Source: a virus
Lineage: Duplodnaviria > Caudoviricetes
Virus record (IMG/VR): IMGVR_UViG_3300005439_000018
Location: 13,297 to 77,296 of that record
Length of the DNA stretch: 64,000 nt
Strand: one strand, 5' to 3'
The notes beneath the pieces are model-generated. The model was given only the letters and a program-made list of their open reading frames with translations. It was not told the DNA's origin and did no database searches. Of this stretch, positions 25,781-34,782 are shown one piece after another. Within the stretch, counting starts at the first letter, position 1. Every line of letters begins with the position of its first letter. The position numbers and the translations under genes were made by a program.

Positions 25781-25975
25781 CCCACCGACGATGTTGGTAA
25801 GCTCGACCGCTCCCCCTGGGCGCCCAGGGACCGGAGCGCGCGGCCTAAGACACCGGGTCGCGGGTGCTGCGGGCCGCCGGTCCCCGAATTCCGGCCAGTG
25901 CGGCCCCCTCAGTGCCCTCAGGCAGACGAGGGGGCCGCACTTGTGTCTGCGGGCGGCCGGGCGTAGCCTGGTCGC

Positions 25976-26266
25976 ATGGACACCGCCGACAGCCGCGCCC
26001 TGGACGTGTACGAGGGCGGTACTGTGAACTCCGGCCCGCACTACGGCAACCAGCCCAACGTGAAGCCCGCCGACGACAGCACGGGCGTACCCGCTGAGGG
26101 CAGCCGCGTGCGGCACCTCCGGTCCGGTGAGACCGGCACCGTAACCGGCGTCCACGTCCACGGCCATTCGGGCGAACGGATGCCCACCGTACGCTGGGAC
26201 AGCCAGCCCGCCACCGGGTTCACCTCCGACCAGGGCTACTCGCTGGACAGCCTCACAAACCCGTAG
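25976..26266 (+). CDS. Hypothetical protein with an SH3-like repeat domain
   Basis: RVRHLRSGETGTVTG...PTVRWDS. Confidence 0.6.
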   Translation: MDTADSRALDVYEGGTVNSGPHYGNQPNVKPADDSTGVPAEGSRVRHLRSGETGTVTGVHVHGHSGERMPTVRWDSQPATGFTSDQGYSLDSLTNP

Positions 26267-26449
26267 GTAGACTGATCCTCTCGTCCGACAAAGCCGTGTC
26301 CGGGCTACCGGGGAGGGCGACACAGGTCGACCTCGCAGCTGCCTCCGGTCCTGGGCCGACCCAGGCTCGACGGAGCCAGGACGAGCGCGGGCGGTCGTGC
26401 CGCCAAGTCGGGACCCACGGTGGCCGAAAGCACGTGGGACCCGGCGCCC

Positions 26450-26525
26450 TGGCCCGTAGCTCAGTAGGCAGAGCGCCGCACTGTTAATGCGGACGTCGCA
26501 GGTTCGACCCCTGCCGGGCCAGCCA
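26450..26525 (+). tRNA. tRNA-Asn(GTT)
   Basis: TGGCCCG/CGGGCCA, GCTC/GAGC, CCGCA-CTGTTAA-TGCGG, GCAGG-TTCGACC-CCTGC, G-CCA. Confidence 0.95.
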
Positions 26526-26935
26526 GCAAAACCCCTGTGGTACCGTGGTATCACGCGCCGCAGGGACCACCCGAGGGACGACCCCACGAAGGGTGAGCCG
26601 CTTAGTCAGCGGATACCGCTGCGGTTAAGAGCACCAGGGAAGACCGTGCGCACGGGCCGGGCATGGTACCGGCGGACCTGGTGTGGAGCTGGACGGCGGT
26701 TGCGGATTGGGGGTGTCGCCCCCGTGAGTCGACCGCCGAGCCAGCCACCCCCGAGCCGGTGTCCGTAAATGCACCGTGGCGGGGTTTGCACAGCGGCGGG
26801 AACAACCCGGCACCGGCCTAAGGTGGATTGGGCAGGGGCAGCCTCAACCCGTAAGCACCCGTGTGAAGCCGTACCTTCTTAGGGCGAGGGACGAAGCTGG
26901 TGCCGGGCCCGCCGCACGCATGTTAGTCTGGGCGC

Positions 26936-27217
26936 ATGACTTCCGTACACGCCACGCCGCCGGTCGCGGGTACGCCGCCTGTGTACCCGTTCGCCGAGTG
27001 GCTTGACGGCCAGCGGTGGACGCTGAACCGGGGGCGCGACTTCTGGGGCCCGCCCCGCGACTTCGCCCGCCGCATCCAGGCCAGCGCCCGAGCCCGCCGC
27101 CTGGTCCTATTCATGCGCTACGAGCCGGACGGCCAATACATCGAGCTGTGCGCCACCCCCCGCCCCTCGGCCGAGTCCGCCGTCCCCGTGGTAAAGATCG
27201 AGGACGCCGATGCCTAG
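26936..27217 (+). CDS. Hypothetical protein
   Basis: YPFAEWLDG..W.L..G.DF motif seen in actinophage proteins. Confidence 0.65.
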   Translation: MTSVHATPPVAGTPPVYPFAEWLDGQRWTLNRGRDFWGPPRDFARRIQASARARRLVLFMRYEPDGQYIELCATPRPSAESAVPVVKIEDADA

Positions 27218-27458
27218 GATGACCGCCGCCCAGCGGTACCTGCACCGCAAGTATCGGCAGGCCGTGCGCGCCCGCCAGCAGGCCGAGCAGCTGGAGCAGC
27301 GCAGGCTGCTGGACGAGCGGTACCGACAGATCGGTGACCACCCCAACGACTGGGTGCTGACCGTCGAGAGGCACAACGTCGCTCCCAAGACCACTCTCGG
27401 ACGCGTCGTCGAAGAGCGCGGACGGCCGGGCGGGGGTGGTGTAGATGGCCACGGGTGA
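27210..27458 (+). CDS. Hypothetical protein
   Basis: Coupled ORF. Confidence 0.5.
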   Translation: MPRMTAAQRYLHRKYRQAVRARQQAEQLEQRRLLDERYRQIGDHPNDWVLTVERHNVAPKTTLGRVVEERGRPGGGGVDGHG

Positions 27459-27996
27459 GCCGCGCACCCCGGCGGCCATCGCCCGGTTCGAGCGGGAGAA
27501 GGCTAACCAGAGGAAGCTCCAGCGCGAAGTGCTGGAGCTGCGCAAGGCCGGATACTCCTACTACCGGATCGCCCAGGTCCAGGGATGCTCGACCCGCACC
27601 GCCCTGAACCGGTACAAGCGCGCGATCGCCCGGGACATCCCGGAGGAGGAGATCATCGAGGCGCGCAAGCTGGAGCTGGACCGGTACGACGAGATCACCG
27701 TCATGAACATGGCGCTGCTGGCCCGCGCGTTCGAGGCCGGGGACGTCGAGACGTTCTGCAAGATCCAGGACCGTATCAACGGCGTGCACGACCGGCGCCG
27801 GATGATGATCCCGATCCAGGTAAACCCCAAACTGGTCATCGAGCAGGAGACCACGCTGCGGACGGCCCAGGACAGCGAGCTCGCCGACCTGCTGGGCAAG
27901 GCTGCCAACGACGTCGAGGACAAGGTCCGGTGGCTCACCGAGCAGTACGGCGGGGTTGGGCCCGACCCCATCGTGCCCGGTGAACCGATGGGGTAG
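27445..27996 (+). CDS. Probable terminase small subunit (HTH)
   Basis: LELRKAGYSY..IA...G.S HTH, then ELDRYD helical region; upstream of the packaging genes. Confidence 0.7.
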   Translation: MATGEPRTPAAIARFEREKANQRKLQREVLELRKAGYSYYRIAQVQGCSTRTALNRYKRAIARDIPEEEIIEARKLELDRYDEITVMNMALLARAFEAGDVETFCKIQDRINGVHDRRRMMIPIQVNPKLVIEQETTLRTAQDSELADLLGKAANDVEDKVRWLTEQYGGVGPDPIVPGEPMG

Positions 27997-28006
27997 GGTA
28001 GGCCGC

Positions 28007-28282
28007 ATGACCGAGGCCGACCAGGAGCTGACCGACGCGGTGGACAGGTATCTGCACCGCGCCGGTCTGATCTTCGACGATTCAGACCAGACCGGACTGA
28101 CACTGACCGATGTGATGTTGGTGACCGTCCGGTGCGGATTCGACCAGCTGGGCAGCAAGTCCCAGACGTCAGTCATCACCCCTACAGACTCGTCCGTCCC
28201 CATCCTCATTGGCATGGCGAGGTACGCCTCGATCCGGTTCGAGAGCATGGCGGAGGGGTCGTTCCCGAAAGAGGGCGGCTGA
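28007..28282 (+). CDS. Hypothetical protein
   Basis: ORF in a coupled block. Confidence 0.55.
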   Translation: MTEADQELTDAVDRYLHRAGLIFDDSDQTGLTLTDVMLVTVRCGFDQLGSKSQTSVITPTDSSVPILIGMARYASIRFESMAEGSFPKEGG

Positions 28283-28668
28283 TGACCGCCACCACGGCCG
28301 CCCGGCTGGACCCCGAGGTGCCGCTGTTCAGATACCGCACCGGCCAGGTGTGGGAGCAGACCCGCATGCAGCTGGCCAGCCCCCGGCCCGACGGCGCCGT
28401 TGCCTACTACCAGGACAGCCTATCCCGCCTGCACCCGGTCTCCTGGCGCCCCCGGTTCGACGACGAGTCGGCCCGCGCCCTGTGCCAGTACGTCCGGGCG
28501 CTGGCCGACAAGGCCGGGCTGGAGGTCGTCGAGGGCCCGTTCCTCCAGGTGCTGGAGGACGACGGTGCGACCCCGCCCGGCTACGCCATGTTGCGCGCCA
28601 TCGTCTGGGTCGAGGAATACGACCTGGTGGTGCCGGTCGACGGGGGGGCGGCCGATGGCCCAGCATGA
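28282..28668 (+). CDS. Hypothetical protein
   Basis: TGATG coupling. Confidence 0.6.
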   Translation: MTATTAARLDPEVPLFRYRTGQVWEQTRMQLASPRPDGAVAYYQDSLSRLHPVSWRPRFDDESARALCQYVRALADKAGLEVVEGPFLQVLEDDGATPPGYAMLRAIVWVEEYDLVVPVDGGAADGPA

Positions 28669-28870
28669 GGGCGTGCTCCGCCAGTTCGCCATCTCGGCCG
28701 ACGGAGACGTCGACCCCGATACCGGCCACATCCAGGTGTGGGCCGTGCTCACCCACCTGCCGTGCGGCGCCCCTCTGTGGGGCGACGGCGGCGACCAGCT
28801 CGTCATGCGGGCCGACCAGCTGTTCCAGTTGATGTATGACCACAGGTGCAAGGAGACCACTAATGGCTGA
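28655..28870 (+). CDS. Hypothetical protein
   Basis: Overlapping ORF. Confidence 0.5.
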   Translation: MAQHEGVLRQFAISADGDVDPDTGHIQVWAVLTHLPCGAPLWGDGGDQLVMRADQLFQLMYDHRCKETTNG

Positions 28871-29078
28871 GCGTCTGACCGCACCGGCCGCGCACCTGGT
28901 CACCGTCGAATGTGCGGAGGGAGGGGGTGGTGTACTGGTCGCGCACGCGCTGTGCAACGACCCGGCCGTGTTCGTGCCGAACCGCCCCAACAGCCGTGCC
29001 GTGCTGGCCATCGACATCATCCAGGCCGTGCTCGGCCACCGCTGCCCGCCCGGCCAGGGCGACGACCCCGAGAGATGA
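28863..29078 (+). CDS. Hypothetical protein
   Basis: AAGGAG RBS. Confidence 0.5.
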   Translation: MAERLTAPAAHLVTVECAEGGGGVLVAHALCNDPAVFVPNRPNSRAVLAIDIIQAVLGHRCPPGQGDDPER

Positions 29079-29082
29079 CCCG

Positions 29083-29799
29083 GTGATCTACGACCCCGAC
29101 CCGGGACCGATGTCGGTCGGCCCCACTCCAACCGACCTTACCGACATGCTCGACCAGATGGGTACCGACCCCCGGACGCAGAATGAGGTCACCCGCGAGG
29201 TCAACAAGCTGGCCGCGATCATGGGCAGGGGCCACATGGACGCGGTCGCCGACTGGGCGGCAAAGTGGGCCGACCGGTCCCGGGCCGCCTTCGGGCACCC
29301 GTCCACGTTCGACCCTCACGCCAACGTTCCCATCTATCTGCACCTGGATGTCTCGGTCGGCATCCGGGTGCAGCTGGAGGGAGCGGTGTGGCAGTACCGC
29401 CAGGACGTCGACCCGTGGATGTGGACCATGGAGTTCACAGACCCGGTCCAGCGGGAGAGCTTCCTCCAGCATTTCATCAAGACCGCACTCGGTGCGCTGG
29501 CCGCCCACGACGACAAGGCGCTGCGCTTCTTCCTGAAGCGCGTGTTCGTGGTGACGCCCGAGGATGCCCACGACACCCCCGTGTGCCGCGAGAGCCACGC
29601 GGAGGGCTTCTCGGAATGGCCCCGGTGCCTGGACGGGGTGGTGCTGTCCGAGCTTCCCGGAGTGTCTCCCGTGCCCGGCGCGGGTGCCTCCGCGCACCAG
29701 CGGTTCCGCGATATCGCCCGGGGGGTCTGCCCCTGCCGCTGCCACCCGTTCCCCGCCCAGCGGAAGCGCCTGGTCCCCGGGCTGGGGTGGTATCGGTGA
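29083..29799 (+). CDS. Hypothetical protein
   Basis: Phage-like codons; C-terminal CPCRCH. Confidence 0.6.
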   Translation: MIYDPDPGPMSVGPTPTDLTDMLDQMGTDPRTQNEVTREVNKLAAIMGRGHMDAVADWAAKWADRSRAAFGHPSTFDPHANVPIYLHLDVSVGIRVQLEGAVWQYRQDVDPWMWTMEFTDPVQRESFLQHFIKTALGALAAHDDKALRFFLKRVFVVTPEDAHDTPVCRESHAEGFSEWPRCLDGVVLSELPGVSPVPGAGASAHQRFRDIARGVCPCRCHPFPAQRKRLVPGLGWYR

Positions 29800-30272
29800 G
29801 GCGCGACCGGTTCACCGACCCCGGCATGAACGGCGATTTCCTGCGGCTGGTGGCCGAGCGCGTCTGTGTCCGGTTGCAGATCGACCGGGATTTCATCCAC
29901 AGTATCGAGATGACGGAGCTCCCCAACCTGCTGGGCGACCGGCTGGCCGTGCTGCTGGAGGCCCGGATCTACGGGGAGAAGCTGCCACCGGTTACCAAGA
30001 CCCACACCATCGAGATCCCGGCCGACTGGCGCCAGCACTGGAAGCGCGATCACGCCGATGTCTGGTGGGCCCGGTGGTGGGTCCGGCGCCACCCGCCCCG
30101 GCTGTGCAAGGAGACCCTGAGCACCACCTGGGACGCCCGGGCCAGCTACCCGTGGCTGCGGGCACGGACCCAGCCGGTGCCGTCCGACTTCGGACAGGCC
30201 GTGTTCGTCCACCTGCCGCCCCAGTCCAGCTACACCAGCGAGTACCTGGGCGTGAGGGACCAGAACCTGTGA
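29796..30272 (+). CDS. Hypothetical protein
   Basis: GTGA overlap; Trp-rich PADWRQHWK. Confidence 0.6.
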   Translation: MRRDRFTDPGMNGDFLRLVAERVCVRLQIDRDFIHSIEMTELPNLLGDRLAVLLEARIYGEKLPPVTKTHTIEIPADWRQHWKRDHADVWWARWWVRRHPPRLCKETLSTTWDARASYPWLRARTQPVPSDFGQAVFVHLPPQSSYTSEYLGVRDQNL

Positions 30273-30401
30273 ACGCCCGCGACTTGGGTCAGGGCCGACT
30301 GCGGCGCAGCCTGGACCCCGGCGCCCCCACACCACCCTCCCCCTATTCGCCGTTTCCGCCGGGCGTCGAATGGGGGAGGGTGGTATACGGGCCCCGCCGA
30401 C

Positions 30402-30890
30402 GTGTACCCTGGTGGCGTGACCGGATCCGCCGACGCCGCAGGTGGCGATAACCTCAACGCCACCCGCCGCGACCGCATGTCCAAGGGCTGGCCGTCGGAC
30501 GTGGGGTCGGCCAAGGACGACCCGTCGGCGGCCCAGGGCGTCAACCAGTGGCCGGGAGCCAACCGGACGACCAACAGGCAGCCCAGCGCTCTGGAGTACC
30601 AGACCTATGAGACGGTCCCCGGCCAGCAGCAGCACGTCACCCACGACAACCGCGTCGTGGGCTATGTCCAGAAGTACGCAGACCCCGGCCACGGGCCCCT
30701 GTGGTCGGGCGTCCTGCACCCCGACGTGCACGCCCTCAACCCTACCCACTCCGCCAATCAGCGCGGTTTCGTCCACGCGGCCGACGCCGCCCACTGGGTT
30801 ATGGACCGCCACCGCGACGTGGCCCAGATCGAGAACGTCGGCAACTGGCGCCCCGCCCCGGGCGGGGGACCGAATCTTCCGGGACATTGA
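30402..30890 (+). CDS. Hypothetical protein (start uncertain)
   Basis: Open frame with phage-like codons. Confidence 0.5.
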   Translation: MYPGGVTGSADAAGGDNLNATRRDRMSKGWPSDVGSAKDDPSAAQGVNQWPGANRTTNRQPSALEYQTYETVPGQQQHVTHDNRVVGYVQKYADPGHGPLWSGVLHPDVHALNPTHSANQRGFVHAADAAHWVMDRHRDVAQIENVGNWRPAPGGGPNLPGH

Positions 30891-30891
30891 C

Positions 30892-31104
30892 GTGGACCAC
30901 CCCGACGGCTTCCTGACCGCCGAGCAGTTCTACCGGTCGATCGAGGCGGTGGAGCGCCAGCCAACGAACCCCGCACAGTACCTGATGCTGCCCGACTGGT
31001 TTCCCGCCGCCCAGCGCGACTTTGCCGACGAATGGGCGAAGCAGCACGGCTGGGCGGGGGTGGCGTACCACACCCGGACCAAGAGAGGCCGCCCCTGTGT
31101 CTGA
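30892..31104 (+). CDS. Hypothetical protein
   Basis: Short ORF before the HNH gene. Confidence 0.45.
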   Translation: MDHPDGFLTAEQFYRSIEAVERQPTNPAQYLMLPDWFPAAQRDFADEWAKQHGWAGVAYHTRTKRGRPCV

Positions 31105-31519
31105 GAGTCCAGAGGAGAGGCGCCGGAAGGCCCGCGACCGCCAGCGAGATAAGCGGTCTACCCCGGAAGGCCGCCGTGCTTGGAATGATCGACATAATGA
31201 GCGCACTCGTGAGGCACGCCGCAAGTTGCGCCTGTTGGTTCTGGATTACTATGGTGGGGCGTGTGCGTGCTGCGGCGAGAGTCGAGAGCCGTTTCTGGTC
31301 ATCGACCACATGGACGGTGGCGGAAACGACCACCGCGAGGAGATCAAGCCGTCTGCCACGCACGGCAGGGGCGGCGGTGGAGCGCACATGTATAAGTGGC
31401 TCGTGGCGAACGACTTCCCGCCCGGGTTTCAAGTGCTGTGCGCAAACTGCAACATGGCCAAGGATCGTCCGGGCGGATGCCCGCATACCTGGAAGGAGGA
31501 CCAACACCACTATGACTGA
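31097..31519 (+). CDS. Free-standing HNH homing endonuclease
   Basis: YGGACACCGE...IDHMDGGG...LCANCNMAK; atypical codon usage. Confidence 0.88.
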   Translation: MSESPEERRRKARDRQRDKRSTPEGRRAWNDRHNERTREARRKLRLLVLDYYGGACACCGESREPFLVIDHMDGGGNDHREEIKPSATHGRGGGGAHMYKWLVANDFPPGFQVLCANCNMAKDRPGGCPHTWKEDQHHYD

Positions 31520-31708
31520 CAAGGGCAAGAGCGGCGAAGGGCACAAGAGCCCCGGGCCGATGCACTCGAAGGCGCAGTGGCGACAATAGGCTTCCTGTTC
31601 GCCACCAAGAAGCCGTTCGCCCACAAGTGGGCCGAACAGGTCGTGGCCGAGCGCGGGCCCAAGACCGGCTACCGCAGCCTTCCCGAGCGCAAGGGCGCAC
31701 ACAGGTGA
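31512..31708 (+). pseudogene. Small basic phage protein split by an 8-nt insertion containing TAG (pseudogene or recoded)
   Basis: MTDK...SKAQWR, then CAATAGGC, then FLFATKKPFAHKWA...LPERK in another frame. The joined product matches the SKAQxRxxFA...WA...LPER phage family pattern. Confidence 0.6.
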
Positions 31709-32244
31709 CCCTCCCACTGTCCGGATCCATCGGCCTAGTCAACGTCAAGGGCCTGGTCGGCGACCTCATAACCGTCGGCGAGCGCCTCGACGGCAGCTCC
31801 GCCGCCGCCGCAGCGTACGACCATGCTTTCGTGCTGGTGTCCGACAACGCCCCCGAGCGCGGGGGATCCTCCGTCATCCAGGCCGAGCCTGGGGGCGCGA
31901 AGCTGTCCCCGTTGTCCCAGTACAGCGGCCGGGAGGTCTTGTGGCTCCCGTGCCCCCCGGAGAACTCCCGGGCCGTCGTACAGGCCGCCGTCTCCTACAC
32001 GGGCATCCCCTACGCCTACGCGGACTATTTCGCGATCGCCGCCCACCGCCTCGGGTTCAACCCCCGCCGACTGATAGCCCAGATCACCGTGTCCCGGCAC
32101 ATGATCTGCAGTCAGCTGGCGACCGCCGCAGCCACCAAGGGCGACTGGGTCCTGTTCCCGAGCAACCCGTGGACCGGCTACATCACCCCGGCGATGCTGG
32201 CTGCCCTCGACGTGCCGGGCAAGTTCACCGAGGTGCTGCCGTGA
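31705..32244 (+). CDS. Permuted papain-like (YiiX/YaeF, NlpC/P60-like) hydrolase
   Basis: YDHAFV...IQAEPGGA...GIPYAY...MICSQLA, with His before Cys. Confidence 0.75.
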   Translation: MTLPLSGSIGLVNVKGLVGDLITVGERLDGSSAAAAAYDHAFVLVSDNAPERGGSSVIQAEPGGAKLSPLSQYSGREVLWLPCPPENSRAVVQAAVSYTGIPYAYADYFAIAAHRLGFNPRRLIAQITVSRHMICSQLATAAATKGDWVLFPSNPWTGYITPAMLAALDVPGKFTEVLP

Positions 32245-33941
32245 CCGGGCAGGGGGGTGGTGTGGGCGCTGCTGGCGCGGCCCCCGGGCCGGGGGACCGG
32301 CCTGCCGACCGGCTGCACTACCTGGAGGGCCAGACCTCCGAGACCTTTGACCCGCTGGAGTACATCAAGAGCAAGAACCTGGTATGGAAGGACCAGAGCC
32401 TGCTGGCCAGCCCCGACCCCGAGGGCACCCTGTGGCGCACGGCCCAGACCAAGCTCGACCCGATGCTGTTCGCCCTGGTGTACCTGCGCCACCACCTGCG
32501 GGCTCCGGCCACCCGGAACCAGATCACGTTCTGTGACGCCCACCTGGATTGGTGCCGGGAGGCGCTGGGGTGGGTGGTGCCCCCCACCGGCCCCCGGGAG
32601 AACCGGGATGTCTACGTGGCCCCCCGCGAGCTGGGCAAGTCCACGTGGTTCTTTCTGGTCCTGCCCCTGTGGGCCGCCGCTCACGGCCACAAGCGGTTCA
32701 TCGCGGCATTCGCCGACGCCGGTACCCAGGCCGAGATGCACCTGTCGACGTTCAAGAACGAGCTCGAGAACAACACGCTGCTACAGCGGGACTTCCCGGA
32801 CCTGTGCGAACCGGCGACCCGGTACCGTGGCGCCACCCAGTCCGACACCAAGGGCCTGACAATCCGCAAGAGCGGGTTCGTGTTCGGCGCGCGCGGCGCC
32901 GACTCCAAGACCCTGGGCATGAAGGTCGGCGAACGCCGCCCCGACATGCTGATCCTGGACGACATCGAGCCCGGTGAGGACCAGTACAGCGAATACCAGG
33001 TCGCGGGGCGCCTCACCACCATCACCGACGTCATCTTCCCGCTGTCCGAATACGCACAGGTGGTGCTGGCGGGCACCGTGACCCTGCCCGGGTCGATCGT
33101 CCACCAGCTGGTCAAGTCCGTGACCGAGCCGGAGGAGGACCACCCGGAGTGGATCGAAGAGCAGAACATGCGGGTGCACTACTACCCGCCGATCATTCAG
33201 AACGAGGACGGCACCGAGCGCTCGATCTGGCCCGCCAAATGGCCCATCGAGTACCTCAACGCCATCCGGCACACCCGCAGCTTCCTCAAGAACTTCGCCA
33301 ACAGCCCGCTGGGTCTGGACGGCGACTACTGGACCAAGGACGACTTCGTCTACGGCGAGCTCACCGGAAAGACCCGGGTGATGCTGTCGATCGACCCGGC
33401 CGACAAGACCAAGAAGACCAGCGACTGGACCGGGATGGCCGTCGTGGGCTGGACACCACCCCTCGCCCCGGCCGACCCGCGCAAGAAGGCGATCGACGTC
33501 GGCGATCTCCAGGCCGCGATCAACGGCGGTCTGGGTATGTGCGAGGTGATGTACGCCCGTGCTGTCAAGCTGGTCGGCGAGAACCTGCGGGCCGAGGTGC
33601 TGCGCGTCCTGGAGATGTTCCCGGAGATCGGGCTGGTGCTTATCGAGGTCAACAAGGGCGGCGAGCACTGGCTCGACATCCTGCACCACCTGCCCTGCAA
33701 GATCCAGATGATCGACCAGGTTACCGACAAGCGGACCCGGGCGTCCCACGCGCTGGCGCACTACCAGCGGGGGAGGGTGGTGCACAGCAAGCGCCACGGC
33801 ACGGCCGAGGAGCAGATGGTCAGCTTCCCGCGCGGGCCTAACGACGACCTGGTGGACGCCGTCGGCTCGGCGGTCACCCGCCTGCTCAAGCGGAAGGCCC
33901 CGACGGGGATCCGGGGCCAGAACGTGGGCACATACGCGTGA
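32241..33941 (+). CDS. Terminase large subunit
   Basis: APRELGKST Walker A, LILDDIE Walker B, SIDPA nuclease, NDDLVDA. Confidence 0.93.
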   Translation: MTGQGGGVGAAGAAPGPGDRPADRLHYLEGQTSETFDPLEYIKSKNLVWKDQSLLASPDPEGTLWRTAQTKLDPMLFALVYLRHHLRAPATRNQITFCDAHLDWCREALGWVVPPTGPRENRDVYVAPRELGKSTWFFLVLPLWAAAHGHKRFIAAFADAGTQAEMHLSTFKNELENNTLLQRDFPDLCEPATRYRGATQSDTKGLTIRKSGFVFGARGADSKTLGMKVGERRPDMLILDDIEPGEDQYSEYQVAGRLTTITDVIFPLSEYAQVVLAGTVTLPGSIVHQLVKSVTEPEEDHPEWIEEQNMRVHYYPPIIQNEDGTERSIWPAKWPIEYLNAIRHTRSFLKNFANSPLGLDGDYWTKDDFVYGELTGKTRVMLSIDPADKTKKTSDWTGMAVVGWTPPLAPADPRKKAIDVGDLQAAINGGLGMCEVMYARAVKLVGENLRAEVLRVLEMFPEIGLVLIEVNKGGEHWLDILHHLPCKIQMIDQVTDKRTRASHALAHYQRGRVVHSKRHGTAEEQMVSFPRGPNDDLVDAVGSAVTRLLKRKAPTGIRGQNVGTYA

Positions 33942-33963
33942 GGCCCGGCCGGTCGGCCGGGCC
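33942..33963. terminator. Hairpin between convergent genes
   Basis: GGCCCGGCC-GGTC-GGCCGGGCC. Confidence 0.5.
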
Positions 33964-33968
33964 CCGGG

Positions 33969-34241
33969 TCAGTTCACCCCGTGGTACCTCATCGATTTGG
34001 CGATGTTGTCCAGGGTGTTCTCGTCGCTCAGGTCCTGCTGCCCGGAAGTGTAGCCCTGGTAGTTGGGCAGGTATTTCTTGACGTTGGGCTTCTCTCCGCC
34101 GGTGACCCACAGCCCCCACACCTCGGAGTCCGCCACGTAGTGGATGCGGTACAGGCCCCACCATCCTTTGGCTACCTTGACCCCGCATACCAGGCCCCCC
34201 AGCACCCGGTCGTCCGTGTACATGTTGATGGAGATCTTCAT
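33969..34241 (-). CDS. Hypothetical protein
   Basis: AGGAGG RBS. Confidence 0.6.
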   Translation of the reverse strand: MKISINMYTDDRVLGGLVCGVKVAKGWWGLYRIHYVADSEVWGLWVTGGEKPNVKKYLPNYQGYTSGQQDLSDENTLDNIAKSMRYHGVN

Positions 34242-34399
34242 CTCTGGCTGTCCTCCTGTTCCCAGATCGTGGAGTAGTGCTTGCAGTGGGCGTGGGTGCC
34301 CGGGGTCGGGCAGTCCGGGTGGTTGCACGGCACCTGGTGGTCCGGCAGGCTCGACTCGAGGTGCTCGGTCAGGCAGTGGTAGCAGAATATCCTCTTCAC
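34238..34399 (-). CDS. Small Cys/His-rich protein
   Basis: MKRIFCYHC...CNHPDC...HAHCKH; GGAGG RBS; coupled. Confidence 0.55.
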   Translation of the reverse strand: MKRIFCYHCLTEHLESSLPDHQVPCNHPDCPTPGTHAHCKHYSTIWEQEDSQR

Positions 34400-34456
34400 G
34401 GCGGCTCCTCCGGGAGACAGGGTGGGGGCGGCCGACCGGCCGCCCCCGGTGCTGCG

Positions 34457-34645
34457 TCAGACCGTGCGGACCGCCTTCGACAGCGCACCCAGCAGCTGGT
34501 CCAGAACCAGGTCGCAGAACAGCCGTTCGTCGTCGTCCTCCGCGCCGTGGCTGTACGAGCTGTAGGCCCGCTCGGCCTGCTCCGCCAGCACCCGCAGCTC
34601 GGCGGTCGGGACGTTCAGCACGATCTGCGTGGTCTCGTTGTCCAT
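34457..34645 (-). CDS. Hypothetical protein
   Basis: AAGGAG RBS behind a promoter. Confidence 0.6.
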   Translation of the reverse strand: MDNETTQIVLNVPTAELRVLAEQAERAYSSYSHGAEDDDERLFCDLVLDQLLGALSKAVRTV

Positions 34646-34693
34646 TTCGGGCTCCTTCAGTTCGGGGAGCGCCCCTCGCTCCCTGTTAAGACC

Positions 34694-34722
34694 ATTCTAC
34701 CATGGGGTTGCCTCCCTGTCAA
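34694..34722 (-). promoter_or_regulatory. Promoter with operator palindrome
   Basis: TTGACA-N17-TAGAAT. Confidence 0.85.
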
Positions 34723-34782
34723 TACCCCCGACACGGGGGCGGCCCGTCCCCGGGCTGGGGACGGGCCGCCGGACGGTCCCGG

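Noticed and set aside
26280-26450. Hammerhead ribozyme or group II intron domain V upstream of tRNA-Asn
   Set aside because: There is no CTGATGA core or domain V consensus. It is kept only as unassigned structure.
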